DNA from: Harriotta raleighana
Taxonomy: Eukaryota
NCBI GenBank assembly: GCA_050575255.1
Contig: JBNZDD010013711.1
Location: forward strand, 6,574,491 to 6,638,490
DNA length: 64,000 nucleotides
Reading direction: 5' to 3'
Made by a program: the position numbers and the translations under genes. The notes beneath the pieces were generated by a model that had not been told where the DNA came from, did no database searches, and worked only from the letters and a program-made list of their open reading frames with translations. Positions 1 through 14,464 of this stretch are shown here, one piece after another (position 1 is the first letter of the stretch; each line of letters starts with the position of its first letter).

Positions 1-32
1 ATATTTCTAGTATGTATTGCACCTGGTAAATA

Positions 33-633
33 CAGTAAAAGCACCCATCTGGCACCCATGGGACCTGGCCAGTGATGGTTAAATGGTTTTCCAGTTGAAC
101 AGTGTTTTTTTAAAACAATTTAAATTAAAAATTATTTTAACACATGCCATATTAATAATAGACTAAATAATAACGGATAATAACAATATTGTATAGATAT
201 TTTATTGTAAATGTACACTGTACCATATAAATAACAGAGTAAATATAGCAATAACAGATACTGTAATAACAGAGTATTGTAGGGCTACAATTGTAAATGT
301 TGGAACAATACTATATAAATAATAGATTAAATACATTAAAAACAGATAGTATAATAACAGAATATTGTATTAGTACTTTTATTTATACTTAATTTCTGCA
401 ATGGCATCCAAGGGAGGAAAACAAAATGGCAGCAGCGCAACTTTTTTTTAAAAAAAGGCAGGGGTGAGTTTAGGCTCGACTAATAGCCAGCCAATATACC
501 TGCACCAGTACATTAAATGCGTCATCACTATTCTGCCGAATAACTTACGGTTTATCAAATTGGGACTTTTTTTGAGGTCCCGGTTTAACGGGTTTTCCAG
601 TTCATTGAGTCACGGATAAATGGGCTTTTACTG
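33..633. mobile_element. pogo/Tigger-like MITE, family A
   Basis: TA|CAGTAAAAGC...GCTTTTACTG|TA terminal inverted repeats with TA target duplication. Confidence 0.85.
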
Positions 634-753
634 TAATATTTTAACTATTTGGTTTAGATACCATGCAGGGTCATTTCATTTATGGTGAAACTGTTTAATC
701 TGCATCTGCTTCTCACGGTTAGCTTCTAATGTTTGACTGAAATGCGTTTGCAG

Positions 754-893
754 AATCTGTGGACCTCGACATGGTGAAACCGAAATAACGGAAATAGATT
801 GGGGTAAACGTTGTGTGGACAAGTTTGACATCATTGGAATAATAGGTGAAGGCACTTATGGACAAGTTTACAAAGCCAAGGACAAAGATGCAG
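754..893 (+). CDS. CDK13: CDK13 internal coding exon (human exon 4 equivalent): start of kinase domain, Gly-rich loop
   Basis: ttgcag|A...GCAG|gtaaaa; translates [46 protein letters not shown]; 140 nt. Confidence 0.97.
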
Positions 894-1007
894 GTAAAAT
901 ATACTTTTTACAATATTACAATGGTTTGTTCTACAGCGACGTTTTGACCCAAATAAATTACTGCTTTAACTAATTTATTTGTTCTAGTTTTCGAGGTCTT
1001 TCTCACT

Positions 1008-1603
1008 TATAACCTAGGCCAATAGAAAAGTTCAGCTGCACTTTTCCCATGAAACCTGACATAAACACCCCCTGTTACAAACTCGCTGTAAATGCAGTTT
1101 CTGGCTAGAGGACTTTCCAGCTGTTTACCTGATGTCACTGTGAGAGGGATGGCTCCAGAAGCACATTTGCGGCGCGAGTGTATGTGATATATATATATAT
1201 TGATATATATATATATAGATATATAGAGAGAGAGAGAGTATTCTGCCCCACTCATGTTTGTGGGTGTGCCTGTGTGTTTCTCTATTTTCTGTCTGTATGT
1301 CTCTGCGTGTGTATCCCTCTTTCTGTTGCTGTGTTTGTGTTTCTCTCTGTGTCTGAGTTTGTGTCTGTGTGTGTGTGTGTGTATATCCCTGTAAGTGTGG
1401 GTCTCTCTCAGGGTCTGTGTGCGATGCTGGGCCCTGAGAGCTCATGTAAATTGGGCAGCAAAATATACCCCAATAGCACCAATTAATTCCCCGCGCTTTG
1501 GTCCAAAATTTGCCAAAGCGCTCCCACGGTTTTTCCCAAATTGGCAGACATCCCTGCAATTTTTGGCAAATATTTCTGAGCTATTCTATTGACCGAGCTT
1601 ATA
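1008..1603. mobile_element. Unclassified non-autonomous TIR element with internal (TA)n/(GA)n/(TG)n
   Basis: TATAACCTAGGCCAATAGAA ... TTCTATTGACCGAGCTTATA imperfect TIRs; a related right end occurs at 54421-54461. Confidence 0.65.
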
Positions 1604-2970
1604 CATCTTGCTCTTTTACTTCAGTTTTCTCTGGTTTAAATACCAGTCAGTCATTAGTCCATCATGAGAAGAGGGTAGAAAGTTTTTCTCTCCTTTTTAT
1701 TGAACTCCCATAGCTATCGCTGATCCATTCTGAATGTTGCCATGCGCAGATGAGGCTACAGGCAGCATAATACTTTTACATTTTACGAATGCTGCAAGAA
1801 AGTGTTTTAAGAGTGGCCCAGTCGGTTTGGAGTTTCATTTCCTCTAAGACGCTTTCAACTATCATCTCTGCTGACCACATCTTTTGATGATTTGTTGCAA
1901 GATTTGGCTTTTCGTGTGTCAGAATTAGAATGCAAATCTGTGTTCTACAGCTGTGCGGCTGCACATGTTGCTTGGTTTGTACATATTGAATGTGACTGAT
2001 GTTAAATTGCAATGTTGTCCTATATTTAGAAGTCTTATAACTGGAACCAAATATACTTGTGAGTTGACTTTTGCTGCATTAGTCCTGTTGTTGTACATAC
2101 AAATGCATTGGTAAATTTTATATTCTTAAAAACTGTTTATCTTGCAAGTGAAAAAGGAATCCACCTCCTCTATGAAGCTACTTTGATTATCACGTTTCAC
2201 ATTTCTGTTTTTTCTTCATTGTGGTGAGCGCTTTGAAATCAGGGTTCATGGAGTCCATGGGCAAGCCTCGCACACGAGGACACGCCTCGCAAGCGAGAGA
2301 CCTGGGTTTGATTCTAAGGCCCATCTTGCAGATTATTAAACCACAAGTTCTTTCTCCCTGTTCAGGTGGATGCTTAAAAATTCTCCGAAACTTCAATTTT
2401 AAAAGTTTCCCTCTGTGGTCTCTTCAGCAAATCATATCAATTATAAAATGTTACAACATAGAATTAAAAAGCCCATTGCATTTACGCTTCTCTGTTTCTC
2501 CATGAGCCACCTAATCCCAGTCTACTGCTTGCTCCTTAAACCCTTCTTCAAACATCAATCTTATTCACCATTGCAATAATTTATGGACTCTACTCTATTT
2601 GAAGAACTAGTGTTTTATTCCACCCACTGTCACTCCCTGTCTCTTTTTATCAAAAACTTGATTCTCTCTTCCTAGTGTATTTGTATCAAACAAAACATTC
2701 CAAGAAAAATGAGTGAAAAAGAAATATGACATATCATGCAACTTGAAAGAGAGCTGGAGCAGAATAAGGCTTCCAGTATATTGCACTATTGGCAATGTGT
2801 AATTCTATTGAGTTTTTATTCAGAGGTTTTTATTCAGATGACCCGAATATGAATTATTTCCCTCCCCCACTCCTCCCATTATTTTCATTTGTAGAGATTA
2901 TTACTCTCACTTGCACTTTCCTATTTTTAGTTGCCTTCTTGCTTCAAGTCACACAAAATGTTGTACAATA

Positions 2971-3587
2971 CAGGTATCCCATCATTTACGACAGGGTCGT
3001 GTTCTTAAAAAAGTCACGTAAATTGAAATGTCATAAATCGGAACGCGGTTTCCCATGCGGTCCCATTATATAACCCGAGATGGTTATATACTGCTGCTCA
3101 TTTCACTTATTCTTTTCTTACATTGTAGAAATGTAGTAGAGGCTGTGAATTGCTTGAAATTTGAGTGGTGTCGCTTTAAAAGAAGCTGGCTTTTAAAACG
3201 CTTAAAAAAAAGCTTTTAATGCTAAACAAATGCGACACCGCCGACCAATTTGTATAAAGAGCGTACTTACAATGAGCTGAGTCCACAAAACAAATGGAGA
3301 TAACGTTTTGGCCGAGCTGAGCGTCAATCAAGATATCGCCCTCTAGTGGTGGGAAGCTAATTTGGGTCTCAGCAAAAAAAGGTTGGGAACCACTGACATA
3401 GCGATATGCTATTGGCCAGTTTAAATGCTTGGATACAGCATACAACTGTGATTTTACCGCGAAATACACTATATACTGTGCATGTGCAAAAAAAAATGTC
3501 GTAATAATGATGTATATCGATTAAAAGGTGTTAAAAAATTATGTTCGTTAAATTGAAATAGAAATGTCGTAAATCGGGATATACCTG
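2971..3587. mobile_element. Tigger-like MITE, family B, carrying an internal hAT-like end
   Basis: TA|CAGGTATCCC...GGGATATACCTG|TA; GGTTGGGAACCACTG at 3381-3395 resembles a hAT/Charlie terminus. Confidence 0.75.
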
Positions 3588-5341
3588 TACTGTTATGCTG
3601 TGAATTTTAATGATTTAAAAATATCCCAGTCTGGAAAAACAAATCATGTATTCAGAGATGGCATTTAAAGGAATTTAGTTTCATATTCTACCTATTTGCG
3701 TAATCCCAGGAAAATCTCAAATGGATGGGAGGGAAAGAGAGACATAAGGTACATTCAATATTGTATATGTTACCTTTGTATCACTAAATCAGATTTAATT
3801 TTCAGGTAGAGACTGCTATTTCACCCCCCCGCACCCCGTTTAGAGCATTTAATCAGTTCTTTATTTTCCATGCCAATTCATTGATTGAACATTCATGAAA
3901 ACAGTTTTTGTTCAATCATAGCAGTGAGACAATAAATTACAGCAATTTAATGGTGTTGTTGACAGCTCCGTGTAATTGTACTAACAGAGCAATAGTATGT
4001 TGTTATTGATGCAAGACTAATTGGTTCACCCCAAAACATATTAGTAATTTAAATCGGTGGCAAAGTGATGTGAATGATGTCTCATTTATGATTTAGAAGA
4101 ATTCTAACTTTTTTTCTCTTTCCTCCAGGTGTGTTGATTTATAGGTTATGGCTCCTCTGGTATTTATTTACCCAAGTGGTAATTTTGTGGGCCAAGGCAG
4201 TGGAGTCTTAATTTTTGATCTTTTTAAACCTGTATGAATTACAGGTGCCCACCAATCAAAGGCTTTCAGATGATAATTTTTTGCATTAATTGTAATGTAA
4301 TTAAGGGTGTCTCTTTGTTCTTCACCTGATTAACTGAATATGAATTATTTGTTTAAAAAAAGTAACCTTTGTGTTATGCATTGGAAGTAGGAGTAATTTA
4401 CAACAAAAAAAATTGAATTGGTTGAAAGCATCAACCTGCGTTTATTTAGTGTCCTTCACTTAGAATAATGTCTTGGAGTACTTTACAGTGACAGGTACCG
4501 GAGGAGGGGGAAAGGGAGAGGTGACTGTAGGAGCTTGAAGAAGTAGGTTTTAAGATAGCTTTTGATCCCACAGCCAATTAGTGCCACAACTCTGCAGGTT
4601 ATAGTTTGTGGCTATTGATATCATTCAAGAAAACACCCACCACATGGGTACATCTGATGCAGTTAATGAAGACATCAAATGAACTCCTTAATAGGATAGT
4701 ACTTAGTGTGATGGAGGTGTTGAACAGGAATTTTTTGCACATGACCTGTCATTGCACAAATATCTTATGCACTTTGCTACGAAATGCACTTATTGCACTA
4801 TCCTTAGAAATCTAGTAGGTGGGAGGGTTCAGACAGTGAAGGTATTAACAAGGTTAATGTTTACTTTAAGGTTATTGCTCTACATTTCCTATGAATTACT
4901 TTTAGTACATTTAGTGCCTTTCAAAGATTTACAGTAGAGCATGAACTGCTGTAAAATTGGAGTATAGGTAACACTTATGACCAGCTGGGCGGAGTTTGAC
5001 TAACTTTAAATCTCCAGATATTGCCCCTTGACCGTGGCATGTTCATTACCAGTAAAGAATATTGCCCAAGCTGTCCACAGACAGGGTGGAGTGTCTTATT
5101 TTTATAGTGTTTACTTAGATTACTGCTAGTCAAATTCTGTTGTATTATAGGAATGGAGCCAGAATTTTGGAGAATTTATTTTGTCTCTGACTATATGAGT
5201 TTTTACAGATTGGCTATTTATCATAGTTTCAGCTTGTGTTAACTTTCTGTTTCCACTTGCATACCAGAATATGGCGTGTACTTGGAATCACATCAGACAA
5301 CATGCTTAATTACTATATTGTTAAATGAAGCTCTACATTGT

Positions 5342-6592
5342 GGTGTCCTGCAGCTCAGTGGTAGAGAACTCGTCTCGCAAGCGAGAGACCTGGGTTCAGT
5401 ACCCAGCAGGGTGAAACTTTGGGCAAGTTTCCTTACTCCAGGTGCATCTGTTTATCTAGCAGTAAGTAGGAACCCAGTTGTTAGTCGATTGGCAGATCAC
5501 TTTTCCCTGATACTGTATTTCCTTTTTTAAAAATTGGTGATTTCAATCCACTACTGTTTGTGGGACACTGCTGTGCGCAATTGGCAGCTGTGTTTCGCCC
5601 ACAAAATATACAGTCCATTCCCTTTACACTTACGGAGTCCTGTAGCTCAGTAGTTAGAGCACTCGACTTGTAGTTAGAGACCTGTGTGCGAATCCAGCCA
5701 GGTTAAGATGAAACCTTGGACAAGTTTCCATACTCCATACACCTAATGATAATTTGTCCCCAAAAAACCACAATACAGTAAAACCTCGTTTATCTGTGAC
5801 TCCATGAACCGGAAAGCCCGATGAACCGGAATCTCAAAAAAAAAGGCCCGATTCGATAAACTGGAAGTTATCCAGCAGAATAGGATGACACAGTTAATGA
5901 ATCGATTGTCACTCACTCGTGCGAGTTGAGCCTAAAGTCACGCTACTGCCGTTTTTAAAAAAAAATCATGATACTGCCTTTTTTTAAAAAAATTGCGTTA
6001 CTGCTGCTTGGTTTTCCTCCCATGGTGGCCATTGCAGAAGTTAAATATAAATAATAAAGGATTGATACAATATTCTGTTATTAGTGTATTTAGTCTATTA
6101 TTTCTATAGTATTGTTCAACATTTACAATAAAGTAACAATACAGTATTCTGTTATTACTGTATTTACTTTATTGTTTATATGGTACAGTGTACAACATTT
6201 ACAATAAAATACCCATGCAATATTGTTATTATCTGTTATTATTTAGTCTATTATTAATATGGTATATGTTTAAAAAAAATAAAAATATATACATTTAAAA
6301 AACAATGGAAAACCGTTTAACCACCACTGGCCAGGTCCCGTGGGTGCCGGATAAACAGGATTTTACTATAATAAAATTGGGCATTTCAATCCACGAGTGT
6401 TTGCAGTCAATTCACTTTACAGTATATTCTGTGAAGCGCTTTGAATCGCCTAAAAGACGTGAAAAGCGCTATATCATTGCAAGGTTTATTATTACAGTAT
6501 AGTTACTTCACAGTATATTCTGTGAAGCACTTTTAGACTTTTGTCACGCCAAAATATGATAAAGCGCTATATCAAATGCAAGAATTATTATA
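5342..6592 (+). mobile_element. Nested cluster: tRNA-derived SINE interrupted by a second SINE (5635-~6495), itself interrupted by a family-A MITE (5776-6368)
   Basis: Two tRNA-like heads (GTCCTGYAGCTCAGT; A/B boxes), two AAAGCGCTATATCA..GCAAG..TTATTAT tails, and TA-flanked CAGTAAAACC termini. Confidence 0.8.
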
Positions 6593-6710
6593 ATCAACCG
6601 AAGGGAACAATTTAACTGGAGAAAGTTGCTTTTACTGCAGGTTTCAATTTTGTCATACTAACAGTAAAGCATAAGTGAAAATCTAGAAATGTATGCAAGG
6701 TTGAAGTTAA

Positions 6711-7550
<840 letters not shown>

Positions 7551-8123
7551 TTTAGGCCGAAGGGAAGCAATGCGAAATTTTTGGTTGTCGTAAATCACAG
7601 TTATATAAACACTCTCCACATGGTGGTTCCAGATATAATTGTAATTGTGATTTATTGAGCTTTAGGCAGCTCCATAATGTATCAGCTCGAAATATGGGAC
7701 CCTATTTATAGCTTCATATGTGCTCACAATCCCAGGTCATGCCTTTAAGCAGCTGTTGTCCCAAGCCTCAAGGTTTCTTCATCAGTGTGGTGCGAGGAAA
7801 TATGTCTCTTTAACACTGTTTTTCCAAAATATTAGCTTCATATTTCCAGCCAGACCTGCCACACCAATCTGGAGTTCCCCCCAATCTCCCTCCCTCTCTT
7901 CGATCACGATTCTTAACAAGACTTATTTTTTTCAGTCATCTTTCTGCTTCCCACCTCCAGCTTGGGGACAAATCCAGTATTGGTAAGCACTTTGGGACAT
8001 CCTTCTGATGTGAAAGGTCCTAAATAAATGTAAATTTGTATTGCAATTGACACAAGGTTGCATGTCTTGTCACCTCTTGAGCTAACCTTGAAATGTTAAC
8101 CTTCAGGATATCTGAAGATGTAA

Positions 8124-8348
<225 letters not shown>

Positions 8349-8515
8349 TGACATTCTGAAGCAAGCAATGAAATGAGAGTTGCCATTGAATTTACTTAAA
8401 GTTTGTGTTTGCATGCATAATTTGTACACAAGAATTTATTAAACAGATGTGTATAAAATGTATTCTACAAAGTAAATTCTACAAGCTCTTTGTTAAACAT
8501 CTTTAAATCATAGTA

Positions 8516-9310
8516 CAGTAAAATCTTGTTTATCCGGCACCCACGGGACCTGGCCAGTGGCGGTTAAACAGATTTCTGGTTGAACGGGGTTTTTAAAAAA
8601 TAACTTTAAAAATATATCATTTTTTAAATTAAAAATTATTTTAGCACATACCATATTAACAATAGACTAAATAATAACAGAATAGTGTATTAGTATTTTA
8701 CTATTTCTGCTTAACTTCGCAATGGCAGTACTGATTCGACGGAGGCAAAACAAAACGCGACTTTTAAAGGAGCAGCAGCGAGTTTAGACCCGACTAGCAG
8801 CCAGCACACACACACATAGACACAGACACACATTATCAAAGATATTCAGTCTGAATCCATCATATAAATTCTGTCCACAACTCTCCCTCCACCACCCTCC
8901 CTTTCCTTTCTCTCTCCCTCTTTCTCTCTGCATCAACCTGCCTGCATCACTCTCTCTCTCCTCCCATTATGCTTTCCCCCATCTGTCTTTCTCTTCCTTT
9001 CCCCCATCTCTCCATTGCCCTTCCCCCTCTCTCCCTTTCCTCCATTCCCCCCCTCTCTCCGTTTCCTCCATCTCTCCATTCCCCCCCACCTCCCTCTCTC
9101 TCCGTTTCTTCCATCTCCATGCCCCACCACCCCTCCCTCTATCTCTCTGGCCGCTACCTACACTAGTGTTAGTACTTTATTATTTATACTTAACTTCACA
9201 ACGGCAGCACTCGTCCAAAGGAGGTAAAAAAAAAAATCGGCTTTTTTTTTGAGATGGCGGTTGAACCGGTTTTCCGGTCATTCGAGTCATGGATAAACAA
9301 GGTTTTACTG
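8516..9310. mobile_element. Family-A MITE with internal pyrimidine-rich tract (8880-9150)
   Basis: TA|CAGTAAAATCTTGTTTATCC...GGATAAACAAGGTTTTACTG|TA. Confidence 0.88.
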
Positions 9311-10429
9311 TAGTCAGTATAATGGGAATTTTCCTATGAGTTGAAATTGAATAACCAAGTCAGATATTGTAGTGTCAGCAATGGATAAATATAAAACATC
9401 TAATATTGTGTGCTTAGCTGCAATGTTCTAGGATTCAGTGCTAATTTAGCTATATTTTAAGATTGAAATGTCTTTTGGGATTTATGTCTGTTGGAGTTTT
9501 AAATGAACTGCCATATCTGAATGTTCTCTTCATTCGCCACTTGTAGTTTTAAAATGGGCAGCTCCCTCACATTGGTACCAGGTTTTTTTTTAAGTTCTGT
9601 GGTTTAATATTTTGTCCAGCCAGAATTATTGAGCTTTTTGGGACATCCTCCCATCACCACAAGCATATATAAACATGAATTGAATTGCACTTTATCTCTT
9701 ATTATAATCCAGGGGCATCTTTTATCCTTTGTTTGTACTGCTAGACGTGAACTCTCACTTTCAGCCATATTGCAATAAGCAATATCTGTTTTAAAGAATC
9801 GTTGACTCCTGACAGGGAGCTTAAATGAATCAAAGGTATATTGTCAGACACTTCCAAAACATTCAGCAGGACCTTTGTGTGTAGAATGAACATTTAACCT
9901 CAATAGTTGGCTTAAGGAGACCTATTAAAAAATTAATATAGCAATACAAGTGACCAATTGAGTATTCTGTTTTCTCCTCCACAAAAAGCTCTTTAGGTAT
10001 AGTTCCATATAAATGGTTATGAACTCATTTGAATTTCTCCAAACGTTTAACTGTGCCTGTACACATTATGGTAAAAGTAAAACAAACTGTATTGTAAGGT
10101 ATAATCTTCAGTGTGGCATTTAAAATTTATTTGTGTGATTAAGTTGCATAATACACTAGCATGGTAATTTTTGTGTGTTCTTGTTTGTGTAATAATCAAT
10201 TTGGCCGTTCTGCTTTTGAGAAGAGTTAAGAGTTAATCAATTATTAAAAATTTTTTTTTTAAATGAATTGTATTTAAAAAGAACAAGCCTGTGATTGTTA
10301 ATTTCAATTAAACACCTATGGTAAGTATTCTAAAATTAATCTGAAAGTTAAAAAGATTTTATGAAGTTATATGTTTAATACAGTTTTAAAAGCAGTGGCA
10401 TTCATGGAACAATTTTGTTTTGCCACCAG

Positions 10430-10486
10430 GGGGCAGATAAAACTAGCAGATTTTGGCCTTGCCCGGCTGTACAACTCTGAAGAAAG
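10430..10486 (+). CDS. CDK13: CDK13 exon: DFG motif
   Basis: caccag|G...GAAAG|gtatgt; RGQIKLADFGLARLYNSEE; 57 nt. Confidence 0.97.
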
Positions 10487-10841
10487 GTATGTTTGTTGAT
10501 TTACAAAAAGCGCTTCAATTAGTAGAAGATTGTGAATGATTCTCAGTATAACCATGCTTAGAAACAAAATACTCTAGTGTAATTATAAGTTTTTTTTTGT
10601 ATTCATCCATATTATGCAACAAAGCAATACAGATTGCATTGGTATGCATCTCACAATGTTTTGCAAACCAGAGATCATGCAGTTTTTGTAGAATATGTGC
10701 TCTGGTGATGCCTCTATTGCACATGTCTGATCAAAAATTTATATAACTGTCATAATCAAATCTAAAATTTTACTTTGCTTAAAGAACATATTTACATGAA
10801 TCATACATACATCGTTACTGGACCCAATTGAATTTATATTA

Positions 10842-11234
10842 TAGTAAAAGCTTTGTTATCCGACACCCTCGGCACCTGACTGGTGCCGTCTAATCAATTA
10901 TGCCGGATATTCGAGTGGCAAGTTGCCGAAAATCCTGCACAAAAAATTAACTTATTTTAAAACATACCATATTAATAATAACAGAATGTTGTATGGATAC
11001 TTACCAATAAAGCATACATAAATAGTACAGTCAACCCTTCCGAATGTGGGGCTTATGTTCCTGGAAAACAGCTAATTCGGTAAAATCGCATTCAGTAAAT
11101 TTAATAAGTGTGCATGTGCAAAGTGAGGATACGAGCGGGGAAAACTGCGTATACTCAAATTTTATTTGTATTGGGAGATACTGGTTGATTGAGTGTGCCG
11201 GTTGGTTGGTTGCTGGATAACCAAGCTTTTACTG
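10842..11234. mobile_element. Family-A-related MITE (short subtype)
   Basis: TA|TAGTAAAAGCTT...AAGCTTTTACTG|TA; interior shared with 18889-19238. Confidence 0.8.
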
Positions 11235-11269
11235 TATTTAGAAAGTTCTGGTTTCCTCCCCTGCCCAAA

Positions 11270-12290
11270 AGCACATTGTCCTTGTCAAAATTACCAATGC
11301 CTTTCTCTCTTATAACTAGGGCTACTTGATGTCTTTTGATATCATGGACTACTCCACCCTATCCATCTCTCTTACTTCCTTTACTTTGTTTCACTCTTAA
11401 CTCTTCCAGTGAAGTTCTGTAGCTTAATGATGAGAGTACTTGCCTAACTTCAAGATTCTGTCCATGACTGGTTCTGTCCTATCTTTCACACTGCCTCCAC
11501 TTTGTGTCCACCAATGGCCTTTTCTCCAGCCCCCGCACTGTCTTGTGCGGAGTTCCTCAGGGCTCTGTTCTTGGTCCCCTCCTCTTTACCCTCTACCTGC
11601 TCCCCCTCAGTGACATCATCCGCAGACATGGGGTAAATTTCCACACGTATGTGAATGACACCCAACTCGTACCTCTCAGCTAGTACTGCCTTCTACCACC
11701 TCCACAACATTGCACCACTGCCTCACCCCTCAAGCTGTTGAAACCCTTGTCCATGCATTCATCATATCAAGGCTCAACTATGGAAACTCCCTCCTCGTTG
11801 GCCTTTCCAGGTCTTTCCTTCACAAGCTGCAGATCATCCAGAACTCTGCGGCTCGTGTCCTCGCCCATACTAAGCTCCATGACCACATCACCCTCGCCCG
11901 GCTCCATTGGCTCCCCATCCCCCAGAGGATTGAATTAAAGTTCCTCGTCCTCACTTTCAAGGACATTCACAACCCTCTCCTATCTCTACGACCTGCAATC
12001 TCTGTTCAGGGGGCTCTGGTCTGCTCGATGTCCCCTGCCCTACCAGCGGTGGATTGACTTTCAGCTTCTCTGTCCCCACACTCTGGAACTCCATCCCACA
12101 GTCCCTTTGCCTTGCCTCCTCCCTTGCCTCCTTCAAGGCTGGTCTCAAGACCCTCCTCTTCAATCGTGCCTTCTGCAACCCTCCCAACTCTCTCTCGCCC
12201 TATCATCCTTGCTCGGGTCCCTACCTGACTGTTGAGCGCCTTGGGATGACCTCCCAATATGAAAAGCGCTCTATGACTGTAATTTTGTTG
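11270..12290 (+). mobile_element. Decayed L2 LINE (RT region to 3' tail)
   Basis: [13 protein letters not shown]-like and LVHAFIISRLNYGNSLLVGL remnants; GAAAAGCGCT...TAATTTTGTTG tail. Confidence 0.85.
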
Positions 12291-12294
12291 TAGC

Positions 12295-13100
12295 AAGGCA
12301 AAACATTGGACAAGTTTCCTTATTCCACACATCTCTGTTTACTTAGCAGTAAGTAGGATCCCGGTTAGTCGATTGGCAGATCACTTTCTGCAGGTAATCA
12401 CCCCGTTTTTTTTTAAAAAGAGAAAAAATTCTTGTACTCAATCCACAACTGTTTGTCTGCTGCTGTGTGAAATTGGCTGCTGTATTTTGCCAACAAATAT
12501 ATACAGTAAATTCACTTTACAGTTTATTCTTTGAAGCATTTTGAGACGTCTCAAAGATATGATAAAGCGCCATATCAAATGCTAGGATTATTATTACAGT
12601 TAACCCTCGTCGAATGCAACTTTATCGATTGCGAATTTAAGTATATGCAGCGAAACAAAAGCATCACTTTTTTATGAGGCGCGTAAGACTTGTGTATATG
12701 CACTGGCTGGCCCCCGCGCTCATTCGCATGTGTGAGAACGCCAATAGCTCCCAACTAAATCCAATGATTCCTCAACTGGCTGGTCGTGTGCGCATGCACA
12801 CTTTTGACCAAACTGGCAGATCTCGACTAAAGCCGATGATTCCTCGGCTGGCTGGCCCCGTGCGCAATGCATTCTTGGGTAAGGTTTAGACAACTCTTCC
12901 TGATAATAATCCCTCAAAAAACAATAATAAATTGCCCATTTCAATCCACAATTGTTTGTGGGATGCTGCTGTGCAATTGGTTGCTATGTTTCGCTTACTT
13001 ATATACAGTTAATTTACTTTACAATATATTCTGTGAAGCGCTTTAAAATGCCTGGAAGACGTGAAGAGCGCTATATCAAATGCAATGATTATTATTATTA
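12295..13100 (+). mobile_element. SINE bodies (12295-12595, ~12885-13100) flanking a Tigger-like fragment (12597-~12880)
   Basis: SINE core/tail AAAGCGCCATATCAAATGC..ATTATT; TA|CAGTTAACCCTCG terminus. Confidence 0.65.
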
Positions 13101-13104
13101 TTTT

Positions 13105-14433
13105 AAATTTAAGTAAGGCCATCTTTGATGGAATGAGAAATCTATTGACCACAATAAATTGAGCTGAATTGTTATTGGGTAAACCTGCAGATGAACAATG
13201 GGAAGCATTCAAGAAAGTATTGGTACGATGCAGAACAAGTATATACCCCTAAAAAGCAAAAGTTCAAATCGTATAGTTAGGCAACCATGGTAGACAAAGG
13301 GGGTTATGAACTGTATCAAATTGAAAGCTTACTCACATACAAGAAAAAGCTACTCAAATACAAGCAGAGGGCTGGGAGAACCACCAAAGGCAGCAAAAGA
13401 TACAAAGAAAGTAATAAAAGGAACAAAAAGTGAATATGGAAAGAACCTTGCAAAGGATATTAAAAGCTTTTATAAACAAATTAAGAGAAAGAGAATGGTA
13501 ATGGGGAATGTGGGTCTGTTAAAGACAGATGTGGGTGGACTATAACAGATAATAAAGAAATGGCTGACTTGTTAAATAAATACTTTTAACGATTTTACGA
13601 TTGAGGATGAGGACAAAATACCAGCTGTACACAGGAACCTAAAAATAAGTATTTTAAAGAGAAATGCTTAATAAATTAAAAGAAATAAAAAGAAAAGTAA
13701 TGATATTCAAAGTAGACCTGATAGTTTCCACCTCTAGTTGTTAAAGGAAATAGGAGAGGAAATTGCAGATGCATTTGTCATTTTCCAAAGCTCCTGGATT
13801 TGGGAATTGTGACCTTAGATTGGAAAATAGCGAATGTCACCTCTTTATTTAAGATGGGACGGAGGGAGAAATCAGGAAATTACAGACCTGTCAGCTTAAC
13901 GTCAGTTGGAGGGAAAATAATGGAATCAATCATCGGGGACAGAGTGACTGAACACTTGGACAGAGCTTGTTAAAGAGAGTCAGAGTTTATGATGGGTGGG
14001 TCATGTCTAACTATTCTTTTAATTTTTTTCAAGAAGTCACTAAAATGGTGGATAAGGGAATGTCTGGATGACGTTTATATGGACTTTCAGGAGGCATTTG
14101 ATAAGATTTCACACAAAAAATTAGTGAAAATTAAGCCTCCTTAGTCGGGTTTAACCTTGTGATGTGGCAATTGGTTGGAAGGCAGCAAACAGAGAGTAAG
14201 GGTAAAGGGAATGTTCACTGATTGGCTGGATGTGGGATAAAGGGACTCTGGCTGGACATGACATGTGGTATCTCCCAGGGGTCTGNCGTGGGATAAAGGG
14301 ACTCTGTGGCTGGACATGACATGTGGTATCTCCCAGGGGTCTGTACTGGGACCTCNTGTGGGATAAAGGGACTCTGTGGCTGGACATGACATGTGGTATC
14401 TCCCAGGGGTCTGTACTGGGACCTCAGCTATTT

Positions 14434-14464
<31 letters not shown>

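Noticed and set aside
5342-5710. tRNA-like sequences (also at 2250, 15529, 36760-36831, 49517, 57550-57620)
   Set aside because: They are SINE heads that continue into a shared SINE body and tail, with broken cloverleaf stems; not tRNA genes
14232-14425. Triplicated ~50-70-nt block inside the CR1 element
   Set aside because: Copies are separated by single Ns, typical of contig-join overlap artefacts
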